A stretch of DNA of 63,461 nucleotides, filler included, from Octopus bimaculoides (GCF_001194135.2; 8 parts of 7 records of this genome joined end to end with filler, not necessarily neighbours in it), one strand, 5' to 3'. Positions 38,846 through 53,450 are shown, numbered from the whole stretch's first letter. Notes: a model not told the origin generated them from the letters alone. Made by a program: numbers and translations.

Positions 38846-39088
38846 ACAACAGCAACAACAACAACAACAACACCAACAACAATAGTAATGTATGAAAATA
38901 GCTCGGTTGTAGCTGGGAGGTGGCAGCACCGACTTAGGTACGTCACTGCATTTCTGAAGATTTTCTTTTAATTCAAAGAGAGAGAAATNNNNNNNNNNNN
39001 NNNNNNNNNNNNNNNNNNNNNNNNNNNNNNNNTTAATTAATTAANNNNNNNNNNNNNNNNNNNNNNNNNNNNNNNNNNNNNNNNNNNN

Positions 39089-39121
<33 letters not shown>

Positions 39122-39699
39122 TATATATTTATTTATATAGTGAATCCAAACAAAGAAGAAGAAAAGCAAAAACAAACAAAACTATAACGCGAGTATGTGG
39201 TACAAGTATTGTATTATCAGATGATCTGGAAAGGAAGGAAAGAGGATTTAACATTACAAGCCTTGCTCTTCTTTAAAAATAGAGGACTGTCCAAACGATA
39301 CACACACGGTTACATTTTGAAATGACCGGAAGGGAATGGGTGAAGAAAAAAGTTCTTTCTAAGAAAGGAGATCGCAAGAGAAGGAGATATGTGTGTGTAT
39401 GTGTAGGTATGTGCGTGCGCGCAAGTGTGTGTGTATGTGTAATAATAGCACGTGTATATGGGATATCATTACTATACATTTACCAATTGTACCCTACAAC
39501 TTTTTATTATTCCAAATTGAAGGAGCCCGTTTTAACAGCACTTTGTACATACCCTCATAAATGCTACTCGTCATAATTGACTATTTTGCCGAAGGGTTTC
39601 TGCATGTCAAAACAAATCAGAAGCTCTCTATATCATTTACGTGTTAAACTGAGCAGATGCTACATAAACTTTTGAAATGCTCGAAACCTCTTATGGATT

Positions 39700-39920
39700 A
39701 CGTTCTTTGAGCCGTGCATCAATTTGTGGTCGGCACAAAAAGCCAAGCAAAGCATGTCCTTCGGGAAGCTCATGGTAATCTTCTTCAACAGTAAGGGAAT
39801 CATCTACATCCTCGGGGCTGACCCTAGCCAGACAATAAGCAAAGAGTACTTTATGGAGGTTATGAGGGAGTCCAGGAAGAGGCTTTGTCCAGGACATATG
39901 CACCAGTCCACAATCCTATA
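39700..39920 (+). mobile_element. mariner transposase fragment
   Basis: KAKQSMSFGKLMVIFFNSKGIIYI...QTISKEYFMEVMRESRKR resembles the mariner KxMxxVFWDxxGII...TINxEYY segment. Confidence 0.65.
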
Positions 39921-42900
39921 CTGGTTACCAACTACTTGACAGACATTAACTTCTACTTCTAAAAGACCAAAAATATAAGAAGATTCCAAATCTCCAGACT
40001 ATAAATTACTTGTGAGCCTACTTTTTACAACAGCTAACGAAGTAGCCCCTACGTGATTATTGACCCTGTAATAAATTACATTTAAATATACCTCAAACGG
40101 ATTTAGAGAAGCAACGCGATAATTTATAGAAACGAATATTTGCAAAACATTGTAAAAATTAGCAAACGTGATTTAATCGGTTGCCAATATTAGAAATTCA
40201 TTATGTATCGACTGTTTCATGTTTAAATGCAGAACACAATATCATCAATAAATATGCAAAAATATGTGGTATTTCTTACATATGTCTATTTTTGTATGTA
40301 CATAATACACGTAAACAAGAAAAATCTAAAGATTTTTTAGTGCTTAATAAAGAAATTATTTATTCTTAATTAGATGACTATCAGTGTTTAAGAAATCCAT
40401 TATACATGAAATAAAAAATGCAACCAAATCGTTGCTGGAAATTATTCAATAAATAACGTCGAAAAAATTTCTGCAATATTTCAGCGATTCCGAGCTTTTG
40501 TTTCTAATTTCTAAAGGCTATAATAGAACGTGTTAGTTCTCGGAGACGAGTGGCCAAATATACTTGAACAAATGGAGACGTATGTCCTATAAAAGATCAA
40601 TTCCTTTTATAAGTTTTTTTTTATATTAACATCCTTTAAACTCCAGCAATACTTAGAGAATTAAATGACGATGTGTCATTATGAGTGTCTGAATATATAA
40701 ATGTGTTGCGACAATCTCTTTGGACGGATTTTTAGGAAGCCGCATATAAATTATTATTTCTGTGTTGTCTATAAAGGCGACAATTATTTGAAATAATTGA
40801 CAAACTCAATATAAGACCCAGTCTAAATACTAAGTACGTGTAAATCTTTCCTAATACGTAACTGTGTACGAAATGGATTTGATTAATTACGCACAACAGA
40901 GCATAAATTCCAGATTATATGATTACACACGATTGTTTCAGTATAAAAATAAGTTCTACTGCCAACTATACAGCAAAATTATAAGAAGAGAATGATACAT
41001 TTCAAGTCGAGAGTCATTTATCTAAAGAATTTTCGTGATCACTTAACTATAAACTTTTACTAGATGGTACGAAAAATTCGACAAGCATAGAGAACATCAA
41101 CTGGAGCTCGACTTTGGACATATTTACTCATTGTGCAATAAATGAAATTTAAATATCTTTTAAAACACACATTTCCGTTTTAAATAGAGTAGTAAAACAT
41201 TAGATAATGTAGCTTTTCGAACACTTTTAGCTAAGATTGAAACATTAATAATTATAGAAGTGATCGACTGCATACAGCTTGTCTTTATTCAAATTATATA
41301 TTTTTTAATGCAAAACCGCATAGATCACAAGTATTTAAATAAATTCAAATATAAGAAAGACATTAGCTGTGGTGGGAGCTACATGACATTATAAATACAT
41401 TCCTTAGGTCTACGCTTCCGATGTACGGAAAAAAAAAGAGAAAGCATTCTGATGAACTGTATCTCAATTTGCTTCTCGTGTGCCAGAGAACATGTACCCA
41501 ATCTCATGTCAAAGAACAATCTTACTTTTCATATTTAGTTGTGCCCGAAGGAAGAAGAAAATACTCAGGGATTTTGCCTTTACTACGAGACCAGTGAATT
41601 GATGTTATTATTTATGTCCCGCTAAAACTACTGCGATCAACCCCTGCAGAAAAACATGAACCAGGAGGGGTTCCAGAGAGCAGGTTGACGTCTGGGAATG
41701 AAGCACAGGGTGTAGGTTAGTGTAAGTATTGGGGTTAGCACAATATTAGCGATGAAAAGAAAAGAAATGAATGCCCGATTGCAGGTGGGACGAGACCGGC
41801 AATCTCAGAGGAGCAAAGACCATTATAGTAGTGGTAGAGTAGAAAGACAGAAGTGACAGCAGGAATTTCGTAAAGAATCTATAATTGTTGGGGATTGAAA
41901 AAGTTTGTGGTCCTGTTTCACGAGCCTGTTTTTTAAGATGCCTTAGCTAAGCTAAAAATGGGTTTTCCCCAGGAGGGATCCATGAGTACACGCCTTGTGC
42001 AGTTCATGTTCAACTGAGATGATTTCTTTTAGTTTATATGAATAAAGATTGGGTTTTGGTTGTCGAAAGAAAAAAGTAAGTTTGGTATTTCTTTTTCGTG
42101 GATGTTTTCTATGTCTCTGTTCATTAATCTGTGTAAGTTTAGTGTTAGGTGCCTAGATTTCCTGTAGATTGAGCATGTTTGAAGAATGATAAAAAAAAAA
42201 AAAATTGAAAAATGGTTTCATCTATGGGAGAGTGAGCAGTGTTAGCCTTGACAGAACGTAGGCGATTCATATGTATGCAATAGAGAACTAACCTTAAGCG
42301 TAGATTTTGCCTGTGTGTATAGGGCGGAGAACGGAAAGTGATGCATCACATCACACCACAGTAATGTGATATGCACGGAGTCTACCAATCCCAGTGTTAC
42401 TCATACGAAAATACAAACCACGACTGAATGAACTTTAACCAAGTATATTCACCAACAACTACTTTCACACAAACACATTTCGCTACTTCACAACAACCTT
42501 AACGCTGGTCACAATCATAACTTTTTTTCGCATGACATAAAACGCAGGAAACTTAGTGAAGAACAAAATTTTATGCCTATCTACATACAAACTTTGCCCA
42601 TTCAGCCGTTGGGCATACTAATTTTACAAAGTCTCTATTCTTTGACTCTCAATACCGCATTTAGTGAAACACGACAACTCGAACTTTATGGATTACTTTT
42701 CTTGCCTATACTTACGTACCACAAATAAGTTCCCAAGATTCTAAGTTTTCCCGCTTTATCATTATTCAAATAATGCTACTATTCAAACACGAATAAATAA
42801 GGCAAAAAAACTAAACCACGGACAATCAGATCTAGCATACAGGCAATTCCTGTCCACCTGAACACTTGACAGATGAAATTTAGGGAGCCCGATTGTGTGG

Positions 42901-44073
42901 GACAGTCACTAGACATGGTCAATCAACCTTGTTAGGCTTAATTTTCGGTGCAAATACATTGCCACGTGATATTAACACAAGAACGAACACACGTGGTTCG
43001 TGTTCGGCAGGTAACTTCGACCTTTCTATACTTGAGATTTCTCAAACCAATATATAGAAGCCACCATTTTAGTGCGCTATTTTCTTATATGTGGGTGGAT
43101 GTATGCATGTATGTAGGAATGTATGCATATATGATCGAGTAAACTCATGATTGTTAAGTTGTTCTCAAATTTCATTAACCACAGTTCGTTCCAAATATCC
43201 TCCCCTAATCATGCGTTGATTAGTAAAATGAGGTGCAGTATGACAAGGCCATGATGTTTCCCTCGCTATCCAGATCATGTCTACAGCAGTTTTGTTGTTT
43301 CGCTTCAAGTCCCTCATGATTGAATAGACCTATGATCAAACGGTTTCCATTTATAACCATCACATGTGCTTTTAGACATAATGTGTCTGAGACTATATTA
43401 TTCATGTATCATTTTCTTTTTACGACGGTGCCCTGGCAATATCAGGCAGGTTTCACTTCTATTTCTAGGCAGCGTACTAACCACACAGCAACTCTCGGGT
43501 AGTAACCATATCGCAGGCAGGCAAGGTCGACAGCTTCTGTTTTACTGTACTCTACTTATCATTCTTGGTACACGTCACACTACTATATTTGGAGCTAACA
43601 AAGTTACCGCTAGTATTATATAAGTTATAGAGTTTGTCTGGACCCAGTGATAAAAAAAGTCGTGAATTTAGAATGCTTTTGACGAAGCGCACTCGATAGT
43701 AGTTGAAATGCACGAGTATGAATGTAATTGGAGGAGCTGAAAGGCTTGAAGATTTCTGCAGTAGGAAACTATTTCCCATCATATGCCATGTTGGTCATTA
43801 CATTTAGATAGCTTTATCCCGTATGTATAATTTTATTTTTAATTAATAAACACATCAATGTCACATAAAAACGCACGTACACACCCATATATGACAGAGG
43901 GAAAATGAATGGGAGAAACAGGGGACTAAAAGTATAATGCACGAGAACAACAAAGCTGAACCACAAAGGAAACGTCGTAAAGAGACACTATTTTATATTA
44001 CACATATGCATGCATTTATATATGTGTGTGTATAAATATACATAAATACATAAATAAACATATATACACACAC

Positions 44074-44134
<61 letters not shown>

Positions 44135-44217
44135 CATATACACATACATATCTACGTACTATTATATATTTACATCTAAATACACATGCACACGTACATA
44201 TATACGTATGTATGCAC

Positions 44218-44248
<31 letters not shown>

Positions 44249-45659
44249 TGTATATGAATACATATAAATACATATAAGTGTGTATGGACGTGTATGCGTG
44301 CGTGTGTCTTCGTGTGTGCTTGAGTGTACATATAATTTTAGTTACAGATTATTATGAAATTACCCAGTGGTCATTTATTTCAGCAGCTCCAGTCTGACAC
44401 AAGATCAGTTGGACTGATTCCCATATATTTAGTCGGAAATAGATAACTGACGAAAACAGATTTTTCTGACCAATGATGAAATAAGAATTGTTATTTCTTG
44501 CACATATTTGTGAAACGAAGTGTCAATCGAAATTTATTCTGTAAAGCTACAAATTGCCTGAAGAAATATTATCTAAAGTTTAGCTGAACAACAGTCTCTC
44601 AATGAGCAACGTTTCATATACTCTGTAAACGCCATTTCCAACTGAGCTATTGATTGCTTGGTTAGAAACATATGATTTTGTTTCATCACATCCGCTCGGA
44701 AATTGACTTTTTCAGTAGATTTATTTAACCAATCAAGCATCTAATATTAATCACGCGACGTTTCAAATACATTAACTCTTATTGTTCAGGAGAATAACTT
44801 TTGAAAATATGAATCAACGAAGTGTTGAAAACCTCAATTTCATTTTTGAAAACACTATGTCTGAACTGATTTTGCCAAATATTAGTTTAGACACTTTACA
44901 TCGTTAAACTTCTTAAACCCGACAAATGTCTTTTTGATTTGATTCATAGTTATTTCAGCTAGTTGCGGTTGCTAATTCTTTCTTCATACGTGAGATACGC
45001 AGAAGACGGAAAGACGTAAATATAAAGAAAATACCAAACTGAAGCAAAACTGCGAAGTTGAAAAAAAAAACAAAAAAGAAACTCGTTAGTAAATTAGCAG
45101 ACGTGACTGATAATACAGGTTTGATAATGACTATTCTCATAGTATTTATAGTACTTCATCTTTATTGTCCAATCTTCAGTTTATGATTACTCTGCAGTGC
45201 TATAAAATCAGTCCATTAAAGTCGTATGTATTTAAAGTGTGGTATCTTTACGACCAGCTATTTACACTGTGCATAGTATTAGAATATACTGTTTCACCAT
45301 CTAAACAAATCTAGATTCCAATTTTATCTACGGTGATTATAGACAGTTGTTGATCCCGAATTCAGTCAAGTTCTCCTTTGTAAATGGGCGTAAGCTGATG
45401 CTGTTCCCCACCAATATCGATTCATTTGATTTATGTTTCAGCAATTAATCGAATACTATTCTTAAGAAATTGGGTTACGTGGAACGAATGAATATACTAC
45501 TAGTCTCAGTGACACATGGATCGGTTTGCGAGTTACACCACTTAGTGAATGATTAAGTTATTTAAAAGTTCTTAATCATACAAAAAATATCAATGATGTG
45601 TCATTTGCCAACAATTGCGATGTTGAACGTTTAATTGTATATTTTCTATATAATTCTGT

Positions 45660-46032
45660 CATTATTTATTTATTTATTTATTTATTTATGTGTTTCAGCC
45701 AAGTGGCTGCGGTCATGCTGGTGCACCACCGTGATTTTCACGTTCCTTGCATGGCTCTTCTCCCCCACCTGACATGGTCCAATCAAGAGTTTTGATGGCA
45801 CATTTGGTGTATAAGAGAATTTGACACAGCTGCCCTGAACTGCGTCTCATTACGAGCCATTGGTTCGTCTGGTATCGTGGAGAGGAAAGCGTCAAGTTTT
45901 GTCTTGAAGACCTCCGCATCCATGTCTTGCATGTCTCTCAAATGTTTTGGCAGGGCATTGAAGAGCTGAGGTCCTCTGAAACCGAGGCTGCTGCAGTATC
46001 TCGTTCTTATGTGAGATGCAGTGGACGGTACC
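45660..46032 (-). mobile_element. CR1-group LINE 3' end with (AAAT)n tail
   Basis: Minus strand: SLGFRGPQLFNALPKHLRDMQDMDAEVFKTKLDAFLSTIPDEP; tail (TTTA)n on the plus strand at ~45660-45690. Confidence 0.8.
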
Positions 46033-46132
46033 NNNNNNNNNNNNNNNNNNNNNNNNNNNNNNNNNNNNNNNNNNNNTTAATTAATTAANNNNNNNNNNNN
46101 NNNNNNNNNNNNNNNNNNNNNNNNNNNNNNNN

Positions 46133-46530
46133 CCAAGGTGAATGGCAAGTTAGCGTCGATTGGAGCCAGCTTTATTCTGTGGATGAGGACCCGTCTGCGA
46201 ATTAGTGAGCCGCTAATCATGGAAACCTCGATTGAATGTTGATGCAAGGCCATCACTTCCAGTCTTGGACCATTGCAGAGTCGATTCTTGATAGAAATGT
46301 TACGAAGAGGCATTAATAATGAGCCGGGTTTTAAACTCAGTTTATGAGGAGTCATCTCTGATTCTGTGAAAGAGTTTAGAAATACTTGTGTTTAGCGCGA
46401 AGCCTCAGCCGGGACATCTGTCAAAACTTCATTTGTACTATAATAGGTGTGGCAGTCACCTGGACATTGTCTCAAAACTTCATTGCTCAAGACGCAGTCT
46501 GAATTCTTTGGCGAAAGAATTACTCTACCA
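46133..46530 (-). mobile_element. Helitron RepHel helicase (PIF1-like) fragment
   Basis: RVILSPKN...FLNS...PHKLSLKPGSLLMPLRNISIKNRLCNGPRLEV...RVLIHRIKLAPIDANLPFTL. Confidence 0.9.
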
Positions 46531-46799
46531 NNNNNNNNNNNNNNNNNNNNNNNNNNNNNNNNNNNNNNNNNNNNNNNNNNNNNNNNNNNNNNNNNNNNNN
46601 NNNNNNNNNNNNNNNNNNNNNNNNNNNNNNNNNNNNNNNNNNNNNNNNNNNNNNNNNNNNNNNNNNNNNNNNNNNNNNNNNNNNNNNNNNNNNNNNNNNN
46701 NNNNNNNNNNNNNNNNNNNNNNNNNNNATCAAATTCAACCATACAGAAGAATTTTTAATGCAGATTCCAATAATTGCCTCACAAGTCCCTGGTGGCAAT

Positions 46800-48780
46800 A
46801 TGAGTAGGACTAGCCTAACATATGGGATGCATTTCCAGAGCTTGGCTCCGTGCAATGGGACGTGAAGGAATCAGAGCCGCTGGATGGGCTCGAGTGATAG
46901 AAGTTCAACTTGGCAATAATACCACAATAAGATCACCGGGACTAGATGGTCTACCCTATGAATTATATAAGTGTATCCACACTTGTTCGAGGACATGTTA
47001 GCATGTGTCTTTGCGAACTGGCAGCAGATGGTTTCATTCCCACACACGTATGCCTGGGAGTAGTGACGCTGGTTAGAAAGAACCTACAAAAAGGGAGTTC
47101 AGTAGATAACTTTGGGCCACTCACTCTGTTAAATACAGAGTTGAAGATTTTGGCAAAGGTTCTAGCGAAAGGTTGGTGCGTGTCGCGGATGGACTCATTG
47201 GGAGAGGATCAAACCTGTGCCATTCCTGGCAAAGCCATTCAGGATAATCTCCACCTTATACACTATACCTCAGAGGGGATTACTAGCAAACCTAGTACGC
47301 GTGGGGTACTAGTCCATTTAGACCTATCTAAGGCTTTCGATAGGGTTCACTATCGGTAACTGGTGTCGGTCCTTGCGGCGTTCAGCTTGGATCCGAAATT
47401 CTGTAGCTGTATCATCGCCATATATGGCAACATCGACTCGATAGTTCGAGTGACCGTTTTCGTTTCGATGCCGTTCTGTATCGAACGCTCGGTTCGGCAA
47501 GGGTGTCCTCTCTCCCTACTTTTGTAAGTGTTGGCTCTCGAGCCATTTCTGAGAAAGCTGGAGACGCTGAGAGAGAGAGCCAAGATATGGAGAATCGGTA
47601 ACAGCGTATGNNNNNNNNNNNNNNNNNNNNNNNNNNNNNNNNNNNNNNNNNNNNNNNNNNNNNNNNNNNNNNNNNNNNNNNNNNNNNNNNNNNNNNNNNN
47701 NNNNNNNNNNNNNNNNNNNNNNNNNNNNNNNNNNNNNNNNNNNNNNNNNNNNNNNNNNNNNNNNNNNNNNNNNNNNNNNNNNNNNNNNNNNNNNNNNNNN
47801 NNNNNNNNNNNNNNNNNNNNNNNNNNNNNNNNNNNNNNNNNNNNNNNNNNNNNNNNNNNNNNNNNNNNNNNNNNNNNNNNNNNNNNNNNNNNNNNNNNNN
47901 NNNNNNNNNNNNNNNNNNNNNNNNNNNNNNNNNNNNNNNNNNNNNNNNNNNNNNNNNNNNNNNNNNNNNNNNNNNNNNNNNNNNNNNNNNNNNNNNNNNN
48001 NNNNNNNNNNNNNNNNNNNNNNNNNNNNNNNNNNNNNNNNNNNNNNNNNNNNNNNNNNNNNNNNNNNNNNNNNNNNNNNNNNNNNNNNNNNNNCTTGTCC
48101 CGATTCGTGGCTGATGAATTTGGAACGACTGCTCTTTCGCTTTTTGTGGAAGGGCACGGGACCACTTGTGACGCGCTGTATCTGCTGCCAACAACCGTGG
48201 TTGATGATGCGCAGACATGCGCTGAGACTGAGGCATGTGGATTCCGCTAGCTAAATCGACGTTTCCCAACTTTACACGCTTTTGTGGATGCGAATCCTTG
48301 GTTTATGGTAATTGTAAATTGGGCACGTGGTACACTGAGTAACGAAAAGTTCTCTTACTTTCCTATCGTTCGAGCAAGGCCGGCTGTGGTGGTTCAGCTG
48401 CGGTACTCTATAGTGGGATGGTAGATTCGAAATGGGATCATAACTTAGGGGATATCCTAGGCCTCGACGATGATCATCTCACCAGCCTCTTCTGAAGAAC
48501 TTTTGAGCCGTGCTCCCTAGATAATTTCCAGTTGTTCCTAGCTTGGTAGTATTACTGAGGAGCCTTACCTGTTCGAGATAAGCTCACAAGGCGTGGCTGC
48601 CCCAGCTCACCGACTTGCCCACGATGCGTGCGGGATAGAGAAAAGATCCTGCATGCGATTGTGCAATGTTCGGTTGAGTCGGATCTGTGGACTTATGTCG
48701 AACGAATTTTGTCAAGTATTGGAATATTACAGCTGCTCCGCTGAGTCAGTTGTAAAAACTAACCCACCTGCCTCCTTGAA
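46800..48780 (+). mobile_element. Tx1/L1-clade LINE ORF2 remnant (RT and C-terminal CCHC)
   Basis: SPGLDGLPYELY, PLTLLNTELKILAKVLA, DQTCAIPG, LDLSKAFDRV, VRQGCPLSP, LERLLFRFLWKG, CPRCVRDREKILHAIVQC; central N gap. Confidence 0.88.
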
Positions 48781-49510
48781 TAAAGAAGGGAAGATTTGTA
48801 GTGGCAGTTGCGAAAGAGATCAAATGGAAGACGCGAATGAAAGGATTTGCGATCGGCAAATTCATCTCTGGCCCTCTACTGGTGACTCTTTTCACTTTTC
48901 ACCTGAAAAGGAAAATAANNNNNNNNNNGGCCCTCTACTGGTGACTCTTTTCACTTTTCACCTGAAAAGGAAAATAAAGCGGGAGAGGAGATGCCTGTCA
49001 GTTGTTTTGTTCTCGAAAAGATGGAAGAGCGTCGNNNNNNNNNNAGGAGATGCCTGTCAGTTGTTTTGTTCTCGAAAAGATGGAAGAGCGTCGTACAGAT
49101 GTCGCGAATGAATGTACTCACATGAATATCCCACAAGAAATTTACGTAAGGTGTCAGTTGTCGAACGGGGCTTGTGAGATCAAANNNNNNNNNNGAACCC
49201 GTTCCCGTACTTCATTGTTTTCTGTCTTTGTTTAACCATTGGAATTACTTTGACATAAATTTAAAGATAAAAAAAACGGTTTTATTATTATATAAAGCAT
49301 CTGACCCCATCAGATTCTACTGACCNNNNNNNNNNNNNNNNNNNNNNNNNNNNNNNNNNNNNNAACACTATGAACGTTCGCTCAGCGACCTTGAATCTCT
49401 GAATTTAAGAAAAGTTTTATACTTGTATACAATTACAACATATATTGAAACATATTTTTACAATATCATGAATTTTATGAGTTTACGCAAAATTCTGAAT
49501 CAGTGCATAT

Positions 49511-49595
49511 TCTCTGATGAAGGAAATGTGGATTACTGAAGTTCAAAATCTTTACCTACATACTACAACGCACATTACAAGAAAGGGCCGTAAGA
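49511..49595 (+). ncRNA. Degenerate hammerhead ribozyme, similar to the 18410 motif
   Basis: TCT-CTGATGA-AGGAAATGTG...CACATTACAA-GAAA-GGGCCG-TA|AGA; stems II and III partly mismatched. Confidence 0.5.
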
Positions 49596-50282
49596 TTCTT
49601 GCGAATTGGATTCATTTCAGGACATCCCTTTTGGATTATTGTGAACTGTCATCTCATCAGCTTGATACGTCTTAATTTCTCTGTATGGATTTATGCAATT
49701 ATCCATCCGATTTTGGTTAGGGGGCAGAATTACCTCATTACATGTATATACATGTATATATATATGTTTTGATATGTTATATGTTCGTATATTTATAATG
49801 GNNNNNNNNNNNNNNNNNNNNNNNNNNNNNNNNNNNNNNNNNNNNTTAATTAATTAANNNNNNNNNNNNNNNNNNNNNNNNNNNNNNNNNNNNNNNNNNN
49901 NTATATATATATATATATATATATTGAAGAAACTTGTTTTTGATGGAAAGCTCATTTGTGCGTCTGATAAAACTCTTTAGGCAATTTGCAATATTTATCT
50001 GCATCACTATATGTTCTGAAATCCAATTCCACAGCCAATATTTTTACTTTTCTCCATCTAGAATTGATTTAATAATTACAAATCAAGTATATCACGCTCG
50101 GTAGATCGATTTACCTATCTCCACTGACAACTGTATCATTGTTTGCGGTTTTAACTCTATTTGCATACTATTTATGTGAGTGCATACACACATATATGTA
50201 CGTACACATACATACATATACATATATATTCACATATACATGTGTGCGTGTGTGTGTGTTTACGTGCGTGTGTGTACATATA

Positions 50283-51505
50283 CAGGATGTCTAGAAAGTT
50301 TCGCCCGATTTTTATTTTATTGTACATTGTATTGTATTATTATTGTATTATCGCAATTTTGTCTTCGCGGCTTCGAGGAACATGGCTTTTAGACTAAATC
50401 GGATTCAACGAATTACTATGAGTGAGGTTCACATGCAGCTCAGACAAACCGTCGCCTCAGTGAAGAATTTCATATTCATGCGGTTCTGTGCAGGAACATC
50501 AAGTCACTCGTTAACAAGTTCGAAACAACGGGCTTTGTAAATGACGCACCCTGATCTGGACGACCCGTTACTGCAACATCTAATGAAAAAGGTGAGCAGT
50601 TGCAAGCTAGTCTAATCCGCAGAAATCTGTTCGGTGCTTATCTTTCTTGAACTCGAAATCAGTCGCTAGAGCATGCATAATTTGTTGCTTAAAAGGAATT
50701 TAAAGCCCTACATTCTTCGCATATTCCATGCTCTACATGATGGAGATGCTGATTGCAGACTTGTATTTTCGGAGTGTTCCTTGTCTTCTTGCGCGATGAA
50801 GAAACTTTACAGGATAAGATTTGGTGATTAGATGAAGCGTGCTTTAAATTAATCGACCACATTAACAGACATAATTGCTCGAATTGGAATCATGAAAATC
50901 CACAAGTGTTATTGGAAGGAAGTTAATCTCCCTGGAGTAACAGTCTGGGCTGCAGTTTCACCCATTGGGATTATCGGTCCATTCTTCTTCGAAGAGCCAG
51001 TCACTGGATAACTGTACCTCAACATTCTTCAAACCTCTTTCTTTCCTCAAGTCCAACAACTAAGAGACATTCGCTTCCAACTGGATCGAGCTTCACCCCG
51101 TTATGCACATTGTGTTAATGAATGGCTTGACATTAATGTTAATGGCAGATGGATTGGACGGCGTGGACCGATCGAATGGCCAGAGCACTCACCCGATTTA
51201 ACTCCTGTGGATTTCATCTTCTGGGGTGTTCTTAATGACATGGTATACAAAGAGAAACGGCGAACCATTTTGATCGTCGTCGAGTTATTAACGGACATTT
51301 TGCCACAGTCAACGTGGAACTGTTCCAAAAGGCTTGTCGCAGAGTTGCTTCGCGTTTACTTTCTTGTATCGAAAACAATGGAGAACGGTTTGAACCATTT
51401 CGTTCTTACTTATCATTGTTGCATCATTGTTCTATACAATAAAATTAATTGGAAAACCTACAATACTTTTCAAAATAAGACTCGGACGATACTTTTTGGA
51501 CACTG
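50283..51505 (+). mobile_element. Tc1/mariner DNA transposon, DD41D (rosa/Visitor-type), full length but decayed
   Basis: TA flanks at 50281-82 and 51506-07; imperfect ~28-bp TIRs CAGGATGTCTAGAAAGTTTCGCCCGA vs CAGTGTCCAAAAAGTATCGTCCGA; DEACF, QLD...41 aa...SPDLTPVDFIFWG counted from sequence. Confidence 0.85.
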
Positions 51506-51538
51506 TATATATACACACACATAGATAGACAGACAGAC

Positions 51539-51591
<53 letters not shown>

Positions 51592-51839
51592 NNNNNNNNN
51601 NNNNNNNNNNNNNNNNNNNNNNNNNNNNNNNNNNNNNNNNNNNNNNNNNNNNNNNNNNNNNNNNNNNNNNNNNNNNNNNNNNNNNNNNNNNNNNNNNNNN
51701 NNNNNNNNNNNNNNNNNNNNNNNNNNNNNNNNNNNNNNNNNNNNNNNNNNNNNNNNNNNNNNNNNNNNNNNNNNNNNNNNNNNNNNNNNNNNNNNNNNNN
51801 NNNNNNNNNNNNNNNNNNNNNNNNNNNNNNNNNNTATAT

Positions 51840-52275
51840 CGATCAAAACAGATGGGCCGAGAAAGGTCACGCGGTTGCATGGTTTGATGTTGGTATATCG
51901 CTAACAGTTCGTTGAAAAATACCGCATGGTGAACAGGAAATCGACCCCCTGGTGGTCAGGAAATCGGTCGGGTTGCTGCCGGGAAAGTAGGAAGAGGTGG
52001 TATGTGCAAGTATACAAGTTGTATATGTGGGTGTGTAGACGCGTTCATATGGTCTTGCGTGCATGTCTCTATTGATGCAAGCATGCGCATCTGTACATGG
52101 GCACGCACGTATCATGCGCGCGTATGCATGAGTATGCACGCGCATAAAAAGGGTTGGGGATTGGTAGGCGTTTGGAATTAGTAAGCGCTGGGGATTGGTA
52201 AGCGTTGGGGATCAGTAATTGATTGTCCTGCTCACAGGATTTGTGGTGGGCAGTGACCTTGGTGCAAAGTAGCAG
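51840..52275 (-). mobile_element. 3' UTR/pLTR of the same PLE family as 9290-10645
   Basis: Shares GATCAAAACA, CATGGTGAACAGGAAATCGAC, GTCCTGCTCA and TGACCTTGGTGCA with the 9-10 kb copy. Confidence 0.65.
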
Positions 52276-52299
52276 ATGATACCTAGGTGGTGTATCCGG

Positions 52300-53040
52300 G
52301 TTTTATTTAATCTAGGTCTCCCGATATTAAGGAAAGCATTTGCTCCTGTTCCACATACTGATATGTATATTGACGCTCTCTCTCCCGATATACCTGACGA
52401 ACTTGCAGCACTGCTGAATTGGTTCGAAGATACCTATATTGGAAGACCAAATCATCGTGGAACTAGTAGAAGACCTTCACTCCTCCACCATAAAATGGGG
52501 AATGCATACGAGAGAACGTTGCCCGGGGAAGACCGGACAAATAACCATGCTGAAGCAGCAAATAGAAGGTTCCAAACAGGGCTGGGAATGGAGCACCCCA
52601 CAATATAGAGATTCATAAATGGGCTACATAAGGTGCAAAGAAACTGAGATGCAATATTTGAGCAACTGATTGGAGGTCATCCCACTACCCCTAAACTGAA
52701 GAAGTATATGAAAGCAGATGATAGAATTCTGCATATTATTTCATCTTTTTCAGAACGATCTCCCACAAAATATTTGAAGGAAATTGCATAAAACTTTCAG
52801 TAAATTTCTCATTTAAATTTTATTCTTGTATTTAAAATGTGTATTTTCTCAATTGCTTTTATTCGAATTTTAAAATTTATGCCATGTATCAAATTAATCT
52901 TTTATAAATACCTGATTATGTTATAAAACGAATAAATTATCTATTAATCAATTTTCCTGGTGTTGAGTTGTCTTGATGTTGAGTTGTCCTGGCTTTGAGT
53001 CGGCGGTGTTAAGTTGGTGGTGTTGAGTTGTCCTGCACCC
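52300..53040 (+). mobile_element. Mutator-like (MULE) transposon 3' part
   Basis: AFAPVP...LLNWFEDTYIG...RTNNHAEAANRRF...HPTI...KKY; subterminal GTTGAGTTGTC repeats ending GCACCC. Confidence 0.8.
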
Positions 53041-53218
53041 ACTTTCAAGTAGGGTTAAAAGATCACATCTTAACATCGTTTTGTTCAAACGTTACATCAT
53101 TTATTAAGTGACAAGTACCTGTTCATATTGGAACCTGCAGTGCCTGAGAATAGCGATTTGAAGAAGCTAATGAAGTAGAACCAATGTACCAGAAATTAGT
53201 GAACAAATACCGGGAGAG

Positions 53219-53450
53219 TACGAGATGGGGTGGGTGGGTGTCTGAAAAGTTTCTGACTGCGTAAAAGAAAATATGCAAAGATTTTATTCAACATATAAGT
53301 GTAGTTTTCATTAAAACTATCTCTCGCACGCACTTATTGCAGTGGTCATTCAGTTTTTCTAATCCCTGCAAAAAGAACCCGGAAGTTTGGGCCACCAACC
53401 AGACCTTTCGCGATGCCATAAAAACCAGAAACTTGTCAGTACCCACTCAT
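53219..53450 (-). mobile_element. mariner 3' end with TIR
   Basis: Minus strand WLVAQTSGFFLQGLEKLNDHCNKCV; plus strand TIR-like GGGTGTCTGAAAAGTTTCTGACTG. Confidence 0.65.

Noticed and set aside
41930-42250. Possible further PLE linker fragment on the minus strand
   Set aside because: Similarity too weak to support without an alignment.
18062-44277. Many ORFs such as YIILY, HTHT/VCVC, poly-K/F/R/L, YLSI
   Set aside because: Translations of microsatellites or of N runs, not genes.
48870-49100. Tandem duplications flanking 10-N gaps
   Set aside because: Exact overlaps either side of a 10-N gap are unmerged contig ends.
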